A stretch of DNA of 64,000 nt from Camelus dromedarius (lineage: Eukaryota): contig NC_087437.1 of the NCBI RefSeq assembly GCF_036321535.1, positions 90,708,001 to 90,772,000 of the forward strand. Direction: 5' to 3'. The translations under genes and the position numbers were made by a program. The stretch's first letter is position 1; every line of letters begins with the position of its first letter. The notes below the pieces were generated by a model. That model had not been told where the DNA came from and ran no database searches. It was given only the letters and a program-made list of their open reading frames with translations. Below, in pieces: positions 26,301-38,505 of this stretch.

Positions 26301-27445
26301 CAGGAGTCAGAAAACTTTTTCTGCAAAGGGGCATATATTAGTTTCTTGTTGCTGCTGTAGAAAATTACCCAAATTTAAACAGCTTAAAAACAACACAATT
26401 TTACGCTCTCACAGTTCTGGAGGTCAGAAGTCCAACACCAGGCTCACCAGGCTAACGTCAGTAGAATCGGTCCCCTCTGGAAGTTCTCTAGAGAATCTGT
26501 TTCTTTGTCTTTGCCAGCTTCACAGGCTATGTGTTCTCCTTGACCTGTGGTTTCCTTCTCTATATTCAAAACCATCAGTGTAGTGTCATTTTATCTCCTT
26601 CGCTGACTGTATCTGCTGTCACACTGCCTTCCTCTGTCTGACTTTTTCGCATCCCCCTTATTAAGGACCCTTATGATTACACTGGACACACAGGATAATC
26701 ATGATAATCCCTATAGCTCAAGAACCTTAAATTAATCACATTTGTAAGGTCCCTTTGCTAGGTAAGGTAGCATATTCACAGTCTCTGGGGATTATGACAT
26801 AGGCCTCTTTGGAGGGGCATTATTCAGCTTTCTTTAGGCTAGACAGTAAATGCTTTGAGTACTGCCTGTCAAGAGGCAAAATTGGGGATATTATGTACAT
26901 ACTTATATAACAAAAGAAAACTCCTGCGTTGCCTCATTTTGCTGGGATAGGCCATCCCAGATGGCAGGCCTACTTTGGCTCTGCTGGAGAGATTCTCCAA
27001 GGGAGAACAGCTGGCTCGAGAGGGGTACCTGGTATTAGGAAATGCTGGCTCTGCTCTTATTAGTTTCATTCTTTATCCCAAGAATACTTAGGAATAATCC
27101 ACTTCTCACCTCCTGGAGTTTTGGAAACTCAATTTGGGAAGCTGGACAGAAATGAGATGACTTTCTGAGTCCCTGACACCCAGTCTAAGATTCCAAAGCT
27201 TGGTGCCCAAAAATGCCAGCAGAGGGGTGCCCAGTATGAAGGTGGCATAGGCCCTGTGCAGCAATTAGGTGCAGCCACTGAGGAGGCAAATGCTAGGAAC
27301 AAAGGGAGAAACGGGCCAAAAGGGACATCTAGAATTGGTCTCCATGGCTCCCAGTGCTACTCTGCTGTAGTAGTGCCCCTGCAGGGGGTACAAATACAGG
27401 CAGTATGCCAGGTTTGACCCAAGGGCTGTAGTTTGCTGACTCTAC
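26301..27445. mobile_element. MER58/Cheshire-like hAT element, split by insertions
   Basis: Left terminus 'caggagtcagaaaactttttctgcaaaggg', continuation at 26838-26920, and right terminus 'gggctgtagtttgctgactct', which is an imperfect inverted repeat of the left end. Confidence 0.65.
26334..26835 (-). mobile_element. MaLR solo LTR (MLT1C/D-like)
   Basis: 'tattagtttcttgttgctgctgtagaaaattaccc...ctcacagttctggaggtcagaagtccaac...ggggcattattcagc'. Confidence 0.85.
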
Positions 27446-29027
27446 AATACACCATCTCCTAGAAGTCATAATGGAATGGAGGTCCAGTTGCCCACAGATA
27501 TGACAGGCTCATATATGTATCCTCTATTTAGTTCCTTTCCTTTCCTATCTCACTCTCTCTTCTCCTTCCTAAATGCTTCCTGAAATAACTCCCCAAGTAT
27601 AATATTTGCACTTAAATCCTTTCTTCAGGAGTGCTGCTCAGATAACACAACTAATACATGTTATGACTAGAGATGGTAGAATTTTTTAAAGTCAATTCTA
27701 CTTGTCAAATGTATACCAATTATAAAACTGATATCACATGTAATACCAGATTTTTTGATGGAAATATATACTTTTTTAAAAATACCTATATTATCCCACT
27801 TGTTTTCCCATTTGTTTGTTTACTGTCATGGTACTATGTATAGATGGGAGAGTATAGATATATTAACAAAGCAAAATCCATGGAGACCTTTAAATGAAGC
27901 AACCAATAGAAGGGCAAGGAATCCACGTATATCAGAAAACTAACGATAACCAAAAGATCATTCTGCACTGTGATTTGTTTCTTGACCTCTAATACTTGAA
28001 AACTATTCTAGAAGAATAAAGAGCTAATCATGTTTTGTCTACTTGGCAAGTTATTTTCTAAGTCTATTAGTAGCCAGTGCTTTGCTGAAGGTCTGAATAA
28101 TGTCTCTCTAGAACAAAGTCAAAGCAAAAGTTTGAAATCAGAAAAAAAAAGTTTGTTTTCAATTGGATAAATGGAAGGACCATCTTAAATCTAACTTCAC
28201 ATTTATAAAAAAGTATTTTTCCTGCCCTAAGGCAAAATAAGTATAAGATTTCAGATATGGAATATTCAAAAAGGTAATTCATATATTTTAGTTATGACTT
28301 AAACTGTTTTGGTTAGAAAATAAAATCCAAACTTTTAATTTAACACTAAAGACACTATTTTTTTTTCAAAAATAATGTGGCTAATGCAACAAGAAATCAC
28401 ATTTTACAAGTAACTAATCAAGCTAACAGTTTTCACAACATATCCTCTTCTAATATCACAATCAGGAAGAAACATTTCCTGTAGTGCCATTGTCACCAGC
28501 CAGATTCCAATTTAACTATAATAACATTAGTGAGTAACAGGGCATGGAAATGAGTTCTACAAACTAGCAGCATAAGGAAAAGATAGCCACACTCTATTTA
28601 GAATGTGATCACCACCATCTTAAGTGCCTCTGTGATTGCTCAATTTCTCAGGTAAAAATAAACTTTGAACATGTTTGAACAATTAACATTTAAAATGAAA
28701 AATTCAAGTGTATATAGCATCAGAGTTTGAGAGAATTATACGATAACTCATGTTTCCTTTACCCACATCCCCTCATGCACATATAACTAAAAACATATGA
28801 GTAAGACCTATTGACTCAATTAATAGTTAATTTCATATAGGATAAATTTCATGTAGACTAAAATACCTGTTTATCCAATTTAAGCTAGTCTATTATCACA
28901 GATTTTCAGTATACTTTATTATATTCAGATATAGATGTAGATTAAGATTAAATAAAGATGTGGATTTAGATAGAAATCTACAATATAGGGATTTATACAG
29001 GCATGAACAAAGATATAATGGTAAAAG

Positions 29028-29479
29028 TGCCAACTGAAAAAAGGCACTTGTCATCTACCCCTATAAGGATTAAATCATGAGCTGCTATAGCTGCTGACCT
29101 TCAACATACTCTGAAAGGAGTTCAGGGTGGAGACCAGTAAAAAGGCACTCTGTTCTCCTGGAAAACTGCAGAACAAGCCTTCAGATAGATATTTTCAGGG
29201 GAAGATTTTATAAGCCCAAATTGTATCTCCTCATATCTAGAAAAGCACTAAAACTTTAACAGTGACATCTGCTCCTCATGAAGAGCAGCAAGCCTCTGAC
29301 AAAATGTGAATCTGCCCCTTCACTAAAATAATATATAATACTGACATTCCCCCTCTACCTCTTTAGAGAAATTCCTCAGAGCTATCTGAAATGCTGTCTC
29401 CCAGGCTCTAGTCCTCATTTTACCCCCAGTAAAACTTAACTCACTACTCTCACGTTGTGCATTTTTTTTTCAGTCAACA
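29028..29479 (+). mobile_element. ERV1-type solo LTR
   Basis: TG...CA termini, about 450 bp, TATA-like 'tatataa' near 29332, 'agtaaa' poly(A)-like signal near 29428, imperfect terminal inverted repeat. Confidence 0.7.
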
Positions 29480-30257
29480 GAACTGAATGTATTTATTAAC
29501 TGCAGTAACTTTTGGACATGTGACAACTAGGTAATTCCCAACTGGGAAACACTTTTACTGTCTTTCCAACCTGTACATTCCGATAGAGGTAGCTTTAATA
29601 GTGTATCAACTGATAAAACATATTTGACTATTTAAAAAATAAGTGTAATAGTGTTTCTATAAAACAAACCATAAAAATTGAAGTGCACTAAATCTTGACC
29701 TGCGATAAGTTATTAATTAAAGATTAACATATCCGTGTCTCTCAATGGAGCAGGAGTCGCATTTCAGAAAATTTACAGGTGTGTGAGATATTTGCATTTT
29801 CAAAAAGGATCATGAGTAAGAAAATAATTGAGAAACACTGCTCTGCTCTAATGATTTTATACCAGAGGAATTTTTAATTTTCAAAAGGGATCAAATAATG
29901 TCACTTGTTCCAAAAGTATGATTGCCTTGGCATGTTGACGAAATGTCTGGTAGTTTCTCTGAGATTTAGAAGTATTATATAATGGCATGTGTCTTCTCCT
30001 ACAATATACAGTACACTTTGGTGAGCATGCATTGTATTTGTTGCTTCCACAGTAACACTTCAAATTACATAACAAAAGCTAACTATACAATGGGTACAGA
30101 TTAATAATTTTTTTAGACCTCACTTCTTAACATAATGTCTATCAATACTTCAGTTTCTCTAGCATTTTGCATATAGAAATTCTAATTAGAGAAAGCCTAA
30201 ACTGTCTTATTGTAAAAGATGATTTTATTCTCTATATTGTTTAAAATGGGAGTTTTG

Positions 30258-31323
30258 AAAATATTTATTGAAGTACAGCTGATCTACAATGCTGTTTCAG
30301 GTGTACAGCAAAGTGATTCAGCTACATATCTATCTCTATATATACTTACATATAATATATAGATTATTTTTCAGATTATTTTCTATTATAGGTTATTACA
30401 AGATTTTGAATATAGTTATCTGTGTTATATAGTAGAACTTTGTTGTTTTTCTATTTTATATACAGTAGTGTGTTATCTGTTAATCCCAAACTCCTAATTT
30501 ATCCCTCCCCAACTTTCTGCTTTGGTAATCATAAATTTATTTTCTATGTCTGTGTGTATATTTCTGTTTCATAAATAAGTTCATTCTTTTTTTTTTAGAT
30601 TCTACTTATAAGTGATATCATATGATATTTGTCTTTCTCTGTCTGACTTATTTCACTCAATATAATTTCTAGGTCCATCCATGTTGCTGCAAATGGCATT
30701 ATTCCATTACTTTTTATGGCTGAGTAATATTCAATTCTGTATATATACCACATTTTCTTACCTATTTATTTGCCCATTAACATTTAGGCTGCTTCCATAT
30801 CTTGGCTATGGTAAATTGTGCTGCTATGAACATTGGGTTGCATGTATCTTTTTGAATTAGAGTTTTCATCTTTTCTGGTTATATGTCCAGGTGTGAGAAT
30901 GTTGGATCCTACAGTAGGTCTATTTTTATTTTTTAAAGGAACCTCCATACTGTGCTCCATAGTGGCTGCACCAATTTACATTCCCACCAACAGTGTAGGA
31001 TGGTTCTATTTTCTCCACACCCTCTCCAGCATTTATTATTTCTAATCTTTTTGATGATAGCCATTTCAATTGATGTGAGGTGATAACCTCATTGTAGTTT
31101 TGCTTTTCTCTAAAAATTAGCAATGTTTAGCATCGTTTCATGTGCCTGTTGGCCATCTATATGTCTTCTTTAGAGAAATGTCTGTTTGGGTCTTCTGACT
31201 ATTTTTTGATTAGGCTACTTGTTTTTTTGATATTGAGCTGTACTGTTTACATATTTGAAAAGCAATCCTTTGTCAGTTGCAGTGTTTGCAAATATTTTCT
31301 CCCATTCCATAGGTTGTCTTTTC
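30258..31323 (-). mobile_element. 5'-truncated LINE-1 3' end
   Basis: 'tttattgaagtacagctgatctacaatg' 3' terminus and reverse-complement ORF2 C-terminal sequence (ORF 30926-31123). Confidence 0.88.
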
Positions 31324-31479
31324 AAATTCTATGGCAGTATATATTTAACTCTTTAAGGTTTATATCATCTTACTCTGTTTCTATTTTTCCATGTATTCTC
31401 TGTACTATTTTATACACAGTAGTTAATATTTGCAAATCTTGAATTCCCAATTTATCCCTTCCCATCTCCTTCACCAAAA

Positions 31480-32085
31480 ACTGTAGTAAATACATATAAA
31501 ATTTACTATTTTAACTATTTTTAAGTATTCAGTTCAGCAGTGTTAAGTACATACATATTCTTGTGCAACTTGTTCCAAAAGCATCCCACCATCCAACTTC
31601 AGAACTCCTTCATACTTCAAAAATGAATGTCTATACCAACTAAACTATAATTCCACATATCCTTTCCCCAACCCTTAGCAATCACAATTCTACTTTCTGT
31701 CTGTTTCTATGATTTTTGACTACTTTAAGTACCTAATATAGGTAAAATTATACAATATTTGTCTATCTGTGACTGACATTTCACTTAGCATGTCTTCAAG
31801 CGTCATCTATGATGACCCATATGTCAAAATTTTCTTTCTTTTTAAATAATATTCCATTATGGATGTATGCATACACACACACACACACACACACCACATT
31901 TTGCTTATCCACTCAACTATCAGTGCACACCTCGTTTGCTTCCACATTTTAGCTACTGTGCATTATACCACTATGGATATTGTGGTATAATATAATTTTG
32001 AGACCCTGCTTTCAATGTACCCAGAAGTGGTATTGTTGAATCATATGCTAATTATATTTTTAATTTTTTGAGGAAACACCTACTG
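31480..32085 (-). mobile_element. Older L1MA/L1MB 3' end
   Basis: 'aaaatttactattttaactatttttaagtattcagttcagcagtgttaagtacat', followed by typical L1MA/MB 3'UTR sequence. Includes a (CA)n at about 31873. Confidence 0.75.
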
Positions 32086-34105
32086 TTTTGTTGTTGTTCT
32101 TTTTTCTCAAGATTGTTTTACCTCTTCAGGGTCTTTTGTAGTTGCATACAAATTTTAGGAATATTTGTTCTAGTTCTGTGAATAGTATCATGGGTATTTT
32201 GTTAGGCATTGCATTAAATCTGTAGATTGCTTTGGGTAGGTATGGATATTTTAACAATATTAATTCTTCCAATCTATGAACGTGGTATATCTTTCAATTT
32301 ATTTGTATTATCTTCAACTTTTCCTTATCAAAACTTCATAGCTTTCAGAATATAGGTCTTTCACCTCTTTAACTATATTTATTCCTAGGTGTTTTAGTGT
32401 TTGTTTTTTTGATACAACTGTAAATGAGATTTTTTTTAAATTTTTCTTTCTGATACTTCATTATTAGTGTATAGAAATACAACAGATTTCTGTATATTAA
32501 TCCTGTACCTTGCAACTTCATTGAATCCACTCATTAGTTCTCATACTTTTCTGGTGAAGTCTTTAGGGTTTTACATATATAGGATCTTAAAATAGTGACA
32601 GTTTTACTTCTTTTCTGATTTGGATACATTTAATTTCTTTTTCTTGTGTGACTTCTATGGCTAGTACTTTCAATACTGTATTAAATAGAAATGGGAATAG
32701 TGGGCATCATTGTCTCACTCATGATCTTAGAGGAAAAGCTTTGGCTTTTCACTACTGTGTTATTATTTTAGCTGTTAGGTTATCATAAATGGTATTTATT
32801 ATGTTGAGACATGTCTCTTTTATGCCAATTTTGATGAGAATTTTTATCATGAATAGATGCTGAATTCTGTTAAATGCTTTTCCTATACCTATTGAGATGA
32901 CCATGTTATTTTTCCCATTCCTTTCATTAATGTGATGTATCACATAAACTAACTTGTGGATATTTAACCATTCTTGCATCCCTGGAATAAATTCTACTTG
33001 ATCATGATGCATGATACTTTTTACATACTGTGGAAATCAGTTTGCAAACATTTTGTTGAGAATTTTTGCATCTATGTTCATTAGGGATATTGGCCTATAA
33101 TTTTATTTACTCTTTTTAAGTCTTTGTCTGGTTTTGATACCAAAGTCATGTTGACCACATAGAATAAGTTTGAAAATGTTCTCTTCTCTTCAATTTTTGG
33201 AGTAGTTTGAGAAAAATAGGTATTAATTTTTAAGTAAATGGTAGAATTCTCCTGTGAAGCTGTCAGGCCCTGATCCTTTGGGGTTTTTTTGTTTGTTTGT
33301 TTTTTGTTTTATAAATAACTGATTGAATTTCATCACTGGTAATTGGTCTGTTTATGCTATTTCCCTCTCGCCTACAAAGTTTCTGCTGAAAAATCAACTG
33401 ATAGTTTACAGGGGGTTTTCTTATAAGTGGCTCTGTTTTTCTCTTGCTGTTTTCTTAAGTTCTTTTTTAATTTTTTATTTTTGCCATTTTAACTATGATA
33501 TGTACTGGTGTTGGTCTCTTTGGCTTCACCTTTTGGGGACTCTCTGTGCTTTATAGACTTGTATATCTATTTTCTTCTTCAGGTTAGGGAAATTTTCAGC
33601 CATAATTTCATCAAATACCTTTTCTGCCTCTTTTTCTCTCTCTCCTCCTTCTGGGACCTCAATAACACAATTTTAGTATACTTGATAATGTCCCAGAGAT
33701 CACTTAAACTATCTTCATTTTTTTTTTTCTTTTTGCTGTTCTTACTGGGTGATTTCCAGTATTCTACCTTTCAGTTTATTTATGCATTCTTTTATATCAC
33801 CTAATCTGCTGTTAATTCTTTTTAGTGTACTTTTCACTTCAGTTACTGTATTTTTCAGCTATCATTGGTTCTTTTTTAGTATTTTATAGTTTTCTGTTAA
33901 AGTTCTCACTGAATTCCTTTATCCTTATCCTCTGTTTGTGTCTATGAAATTAGGTGAAACAGTTACGTATCCCATTCTTGATAGTGCATACTTGTGTGGG
34001 AATGTCCCTGTTCAATCTATGAGTACACAGAGGCTTTGGTGGATCTGAAGTGAGTACAAGCCATGTCTTTTCCTGGGGTGCTCTGGTGGCCACCTTCTTG
34101 TGTGG
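32086..34105 (-). mobile_element. L1 ORF2 (RT region) joined to ORF1/5'UTR fragments
   Basis: Minus-strand ORF MHHDQVEFIPGMQEWLNI (RT region). From about 33360 the sequence is antisense ORF1 and 5'UTR similar to 2840-3700 of the first L1. Confidence 0.82.
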
Positions 34106-34702
34106 AGTTGTCTGTATTTCCCATTTTTAAACATTTCATAGACAGATTCCTACTTAAAGATTATATTCTTATATCAGTATACTAAAATCATCTTCATTAA
34201 TAGATAAGTGTTGTATTGGTGGGAGCAATGAATTTTCTTAATAGAGCAGAAAATGAGAAAGAATTCCAGTTAAGGTAAAGTTGTAAGGAATTTATCTGCC
34301 ATTTTCATTCCTAGGCATTTCATGGTAAGATTCTTGGTTTAAAAATACCACCTTTTGTTAGTATAGTGATATGCAATTTTTTAAAAGATTAAGAAAGTTC
34401 TGTTTTCTCTTTTGTTTTTCAGCATACCTTTCACTTGTTTACTACCTCATCTCAAATGTCAACTTATCCCCTCCATTAATCTTCTTTTTCTGCAGAGCAA
34501 TGTTTCTCCAGAATTTCCATCTCCAATCCCACTAACTTCCAAGTTTCATCCATGGAGCACGTGATATGTATTAACCAATTTCCAGACTTTTGTTTACTGA
34601 CTTAGTTCTTAATGTTGGATGTGCTCTTTCTGGGAGCATTTATTTCTGTGCTTTGACTTTAGTTTCTATACACCTCCTCTCTTCATGGATTTTCCAGCCT
34701 CC

Positions 34703-35175
34703 TATAGTGAGCTGAATAGTGCCCCCCCATACATATCATATACATATACATATACAAATACATATACACTGTTCAAAATACTTAGAACCAGTGAAGGGGA
34801 CATGTTAAATAGGGCCTTTGTAGATATAATCAAGTTAAGATGAGGAAATACTGGAGTAAGATGTGCCCTAGATGTATCCTTATAAGAAGAAGGAGATACG
34901 GACACAGACCTACAGGGAAGAACACTGTGTGACGACAGAGGCAGAGAATGGGATGATGTATCCACAAGTTAAATGATGCAAAAAGTGGCCAGCAACCACT
35001 GGAAGCTAGGAAAGAGCATGGAAAATATTCTCTCTCAGAGACTCCAGTAGAAACTAATCTTGTCAATACCTTAATTTTGAACTTCAGGCCATGTGAATTG
35101 TGAGAGAATAAATCCGGTGTTTTAAGCCAACTAATTTGTGGTAATTTCCTATAGCAGTCCTAGAAAACTAATAAA
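34703..35175 (+). mobile_element. MaLR solo LTR (MLT1B-like)
   Basis: 'tagtgagctgaatagtgcccccc...gccagcaaccactggaagctaggaaagagcatgg...ggtaatttcctatagcagtcctagaaaactaata'. Confidence 0.85.
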
Positions 35176-35929
35176 ATTCCCTTCCCTCGTTTTTATGTCC
35201 ATCAGCTTGCAGCTGAAGCTGAAGCTGCAGCTTCAGTTTGAGATCTATTAGAATATGCTGTTTATTTCACAAATTAAAATAGTTCATGTATCCTCTATCT
35301 CCCAGTAATGATAAAAGTTTAAGTCATGCAAAATTATATAATGTAATGGTATTTAGATAAAGTATGAAGAGGTTTACATCCACGTGGACACAATAAACCT
35401 TGGGTCCTTGCTTTCTGTTGCCCTTTTAAGATGTGCCTAAAGATAATTCCGGAAAAGGAAGGATTTCTTGGGGAAAGGAGCCAAAAGCTAAAGAGGTGAA
35501 GAGATTCGGGAGCTATTTCTAAAGAGTAGAAATAGTTTACCACATAGAGAACATCAATGGCCTGTTCGTCTTAGCAAGAGCATCAAGGATAAAGAAGAAA
35601 ACTACAGAAACTCCCAGATGAGAAACCACATGTCCATTTCCATTTCAGAACAGGAGAAGGGAACCCAGAATAGGAAGAAGAGGAAGAGTAAAAGAGCTGC
35701 AGCCTCACTTCTATTCTTGGGATAGCTATCTGGCTACTTTGGGGAAATATAAGGAGATGAACTTTAAAATGGATATTGAACTGAAGCTTTAAAGTTGGCC
35801 AAATTTTTGTCTATAATTGACATGACCAGAAAGTTAGAAATGTGCCCAAGAAATGTGCAATTGTGGAACTGAAAGGTTGATTTTTAAAGTATGGTTGAAG
35901 GCAGTGTGTGGATACAAATAAAATAGGTA

Positions 35930-36346
35930 CAATTAATCCTTGTTAGTGGTGGATAGTTATGTTCTACAAAGTCACCATAAACCCTGAAATAGTGAATATG
36001 GAACCACTATTCCTAGAGAAACAAGGGTTAGAGACCTGAGAATCTCTGATCCCATTTTATTAACTGATCAATATATAACCCTGTTTTATGTGTTTCTGTT
36101 TAAAGACACTGAAATTAATACATACTGTTAATTCATTAGCCTTGATCTAATGGCAAATAGCACTATAACTCTTGCCTGCATGCAGCTTATCTAACATATG
36201 TATTTTCTTTGTAAAGTGCTTTTTATACTTTTGCACTTAGGAATACTAGGCAGCACTTCAATATTACATTAGGAGATTACTTTAAGCAGCAAAATCAACA
36301 ACAAAAAGCATAAATAAGTTAAAAAAAAGTGGCACCAAATAGACTG
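35930..36346 (+). mobile_element. MER82-like (Tigger family) DNA transposon, partial
   Basis: 'tagttatgttctacaaagtcaccataaaccctgaaatagtgaata...gtggcaccaaatagac' closely follows the recalled MER82 consensus. Confidence 0.75.
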
Positions 36347-38289
36347 AGGTGTATGATAGGAGGAAGAATGATTGGTTTGAGGCTATTTCATTTGTACGTA
36401 AGAATTGCTGAATGTAAGAATTTGTCACATAATGTAATGATGCAAGACTTCTAAGAAGTGTTGTGAAAGAACAAACAAGGTATTTTTGCAGTTGAAGTAG
36501 GGGGTTCTAGTCTGGAGTTTGAGAAGAGTAACACTGAAAAATAATATTTAATCAATTTTGAACAAATAATAAACATATATAGTTCCAAAATTTAAAATTC
36601 ACAAGAGGGTATAGCAAAAGATGTCCCTTTTACTTAACTCCTCCAACTACTCAGAACTTCTTATTGGATGACAGATATTGTTATGCAGAGAGAAGGAATC
36701 TAGAAGGACATGGCATTTGAAAGGGGCTTGAGTGGGTGTTCTGGATTTGGAGAGACGGAAATGGATTTATCAGTATATTTGTAGAGACATTATGAGAAAA
36801 TCTTGCTTGAAAAAAGTCATGGAGAGAAACTGTGAGAAGGCCTGGAATAAGAAGAAAATAGTCCATTACAGATTTAGTGAGAAGTTCTAAGTTACATGAT
36901 TGTAACATAATTCTTTTCTGAATCACGAGTTAAACATGCCAAGGAGTATAAAGTATATCAGTTGATCTCAGAAGTGTATTCTTAATTTTCCTTTACTGTT
37001 AGAAGTGTTCCTTAATACCCAATGAAAATCTTCATCTATTAATTTTATCCCTGTGATTTATTTTAGTAGGAAGAGGATTATGAAAGACTACAAGAAAACC
37101 AAATCAAACAGTAAAAAGAAATTAATAAAATATAATCTTGCTTGAATTTAACAGTTATTTCTGGTAGTTTAAAAAGCCTTTGGGGTTTTAAACAAACTAA
37201 ACTGAAATAGTTCTTCAGTCCCATGAAGCAGGGGCTGGCATTATAATCTCTATATTACAGCTGGGAACCTTGAGGCACAAAGCCATTTAAGTGATACGTC
37301 CAAGGTCACTGAGCAAGTCACTGGTGAGGCCAAAAATAGAATCCCAATTCTTCAGCTAGTTCTTTGTTCAGGAGACCATATTGGTTCTTTTTATTACTCT
37401 GAGGATAAAATTTAGCTTTATATCTGAGGCTTTTTTTTTCTTATATGCCAACCTAAAAATCAACATTTAAAAAGACCATTGAATTGATATTAAATCAAAT
37501 CATATTTCATGCTTGAGATTTTCAAGTTACACTTAGAAAAGTGTTTTCTTGTTGTTTAAGAGGAAAATATCCATAGGTAGTTTTTCACTGCTATCATCTC
37601 AATTCATAAAACTTTTCTTCCTCCCCTAAATATTTAATGGCTCTATTTAACAATGAATATGTTCTGGTTGCTGCACAAGGAAATGCAAGCCATAGTAATT
37701 GGCTTTGCCTTCAGACAGCTGAATCAGCAAGAAATCAGGCAGCCTATAGAAACCTTTTTATTTGCTATCAGGTTTTCAGAGTTTCAAGCCATTGAAATGT
37801 ATTGAAAAAAATCGGGAGGCAACTAAACCATGCAAATTAACCTTACATCTGCTTTATATGACTCTTGAACCTCCAGATTTGTAATTCCTTATCTGTGGCT
37901 GCTCAAACAATTTTCTGGTTCATAATGCTGTCGGTGCAATGGTAGGAAAGGAAAGTGGATTAGTCTTTGGTACATATTTGTTTAAAAGTACTTGTATTTT
38001 TCCCGAAATGAAAATAATCTTTTTCCCCTCTTGTGGGAATCCTTGAGAGCTAGAAATTCTACTTTTTGAGCTTCATATCTATCCATATGGATTTTGTGGA
38101 AAATTATTTTATAAAGTTCAAAGTTGTTAAATACTTTTAAAGAAATATATGCTCACATACACTAAAGAGGACTATAGATATACTTATCTCTACATGTATA
38201 TGCACACACATATAAGAACTCGCATGTATATATGTTCAGATGTACTATATACCATTTTATAATTATAAGCAATTACAATGTAATGATAT

Positions 38290-38505
38290 ATATAACATTT
38301 ATTAAGCAATTACCTTGTGCCAGGCACTCTGTGTAGGTCTTTACATATAACATTTCATTTATTTTCATCACAACATTATGAAGTCTCTATTATAATTATT
38401 CCAATTTATTTATTGAGGAAACTGAGACACTAAGACCATTAAGTCAACTGCCCTAATTTATACAGCTTTTAAGTGGGAGAGTAGGGTTATAAATTCAAGC
38501 TATCT
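38290..38505 (-). mobile_element. MIR SINE
   Basis: 'aacatttattaagcaattaccttgtgccaggcact...gaggaaactgagacac' MIR core. Confidence 0.75.

Larger units (their letters stand above)
25875..27660 (+). mobile_element. LTR16-like ERVL LTR, interrupted by nested elements
   Basis: 5' part at 25875-26110. The 3' part at 27450-27660 has 'ccagttgcccacag...tgcttcctgaaataactcccc...ttgcacttaaatcct...aactaataca', resembling the recalled LTR16C 3' end. Confidence 0.65.

Noticed and set aside
35219..35236. 18-bp perfect palindrome CTGAAGCTGCAGCTTCAG
   Set aside because: It is isolated, arises from a short GCTGAA repeat, and has no supporting context.
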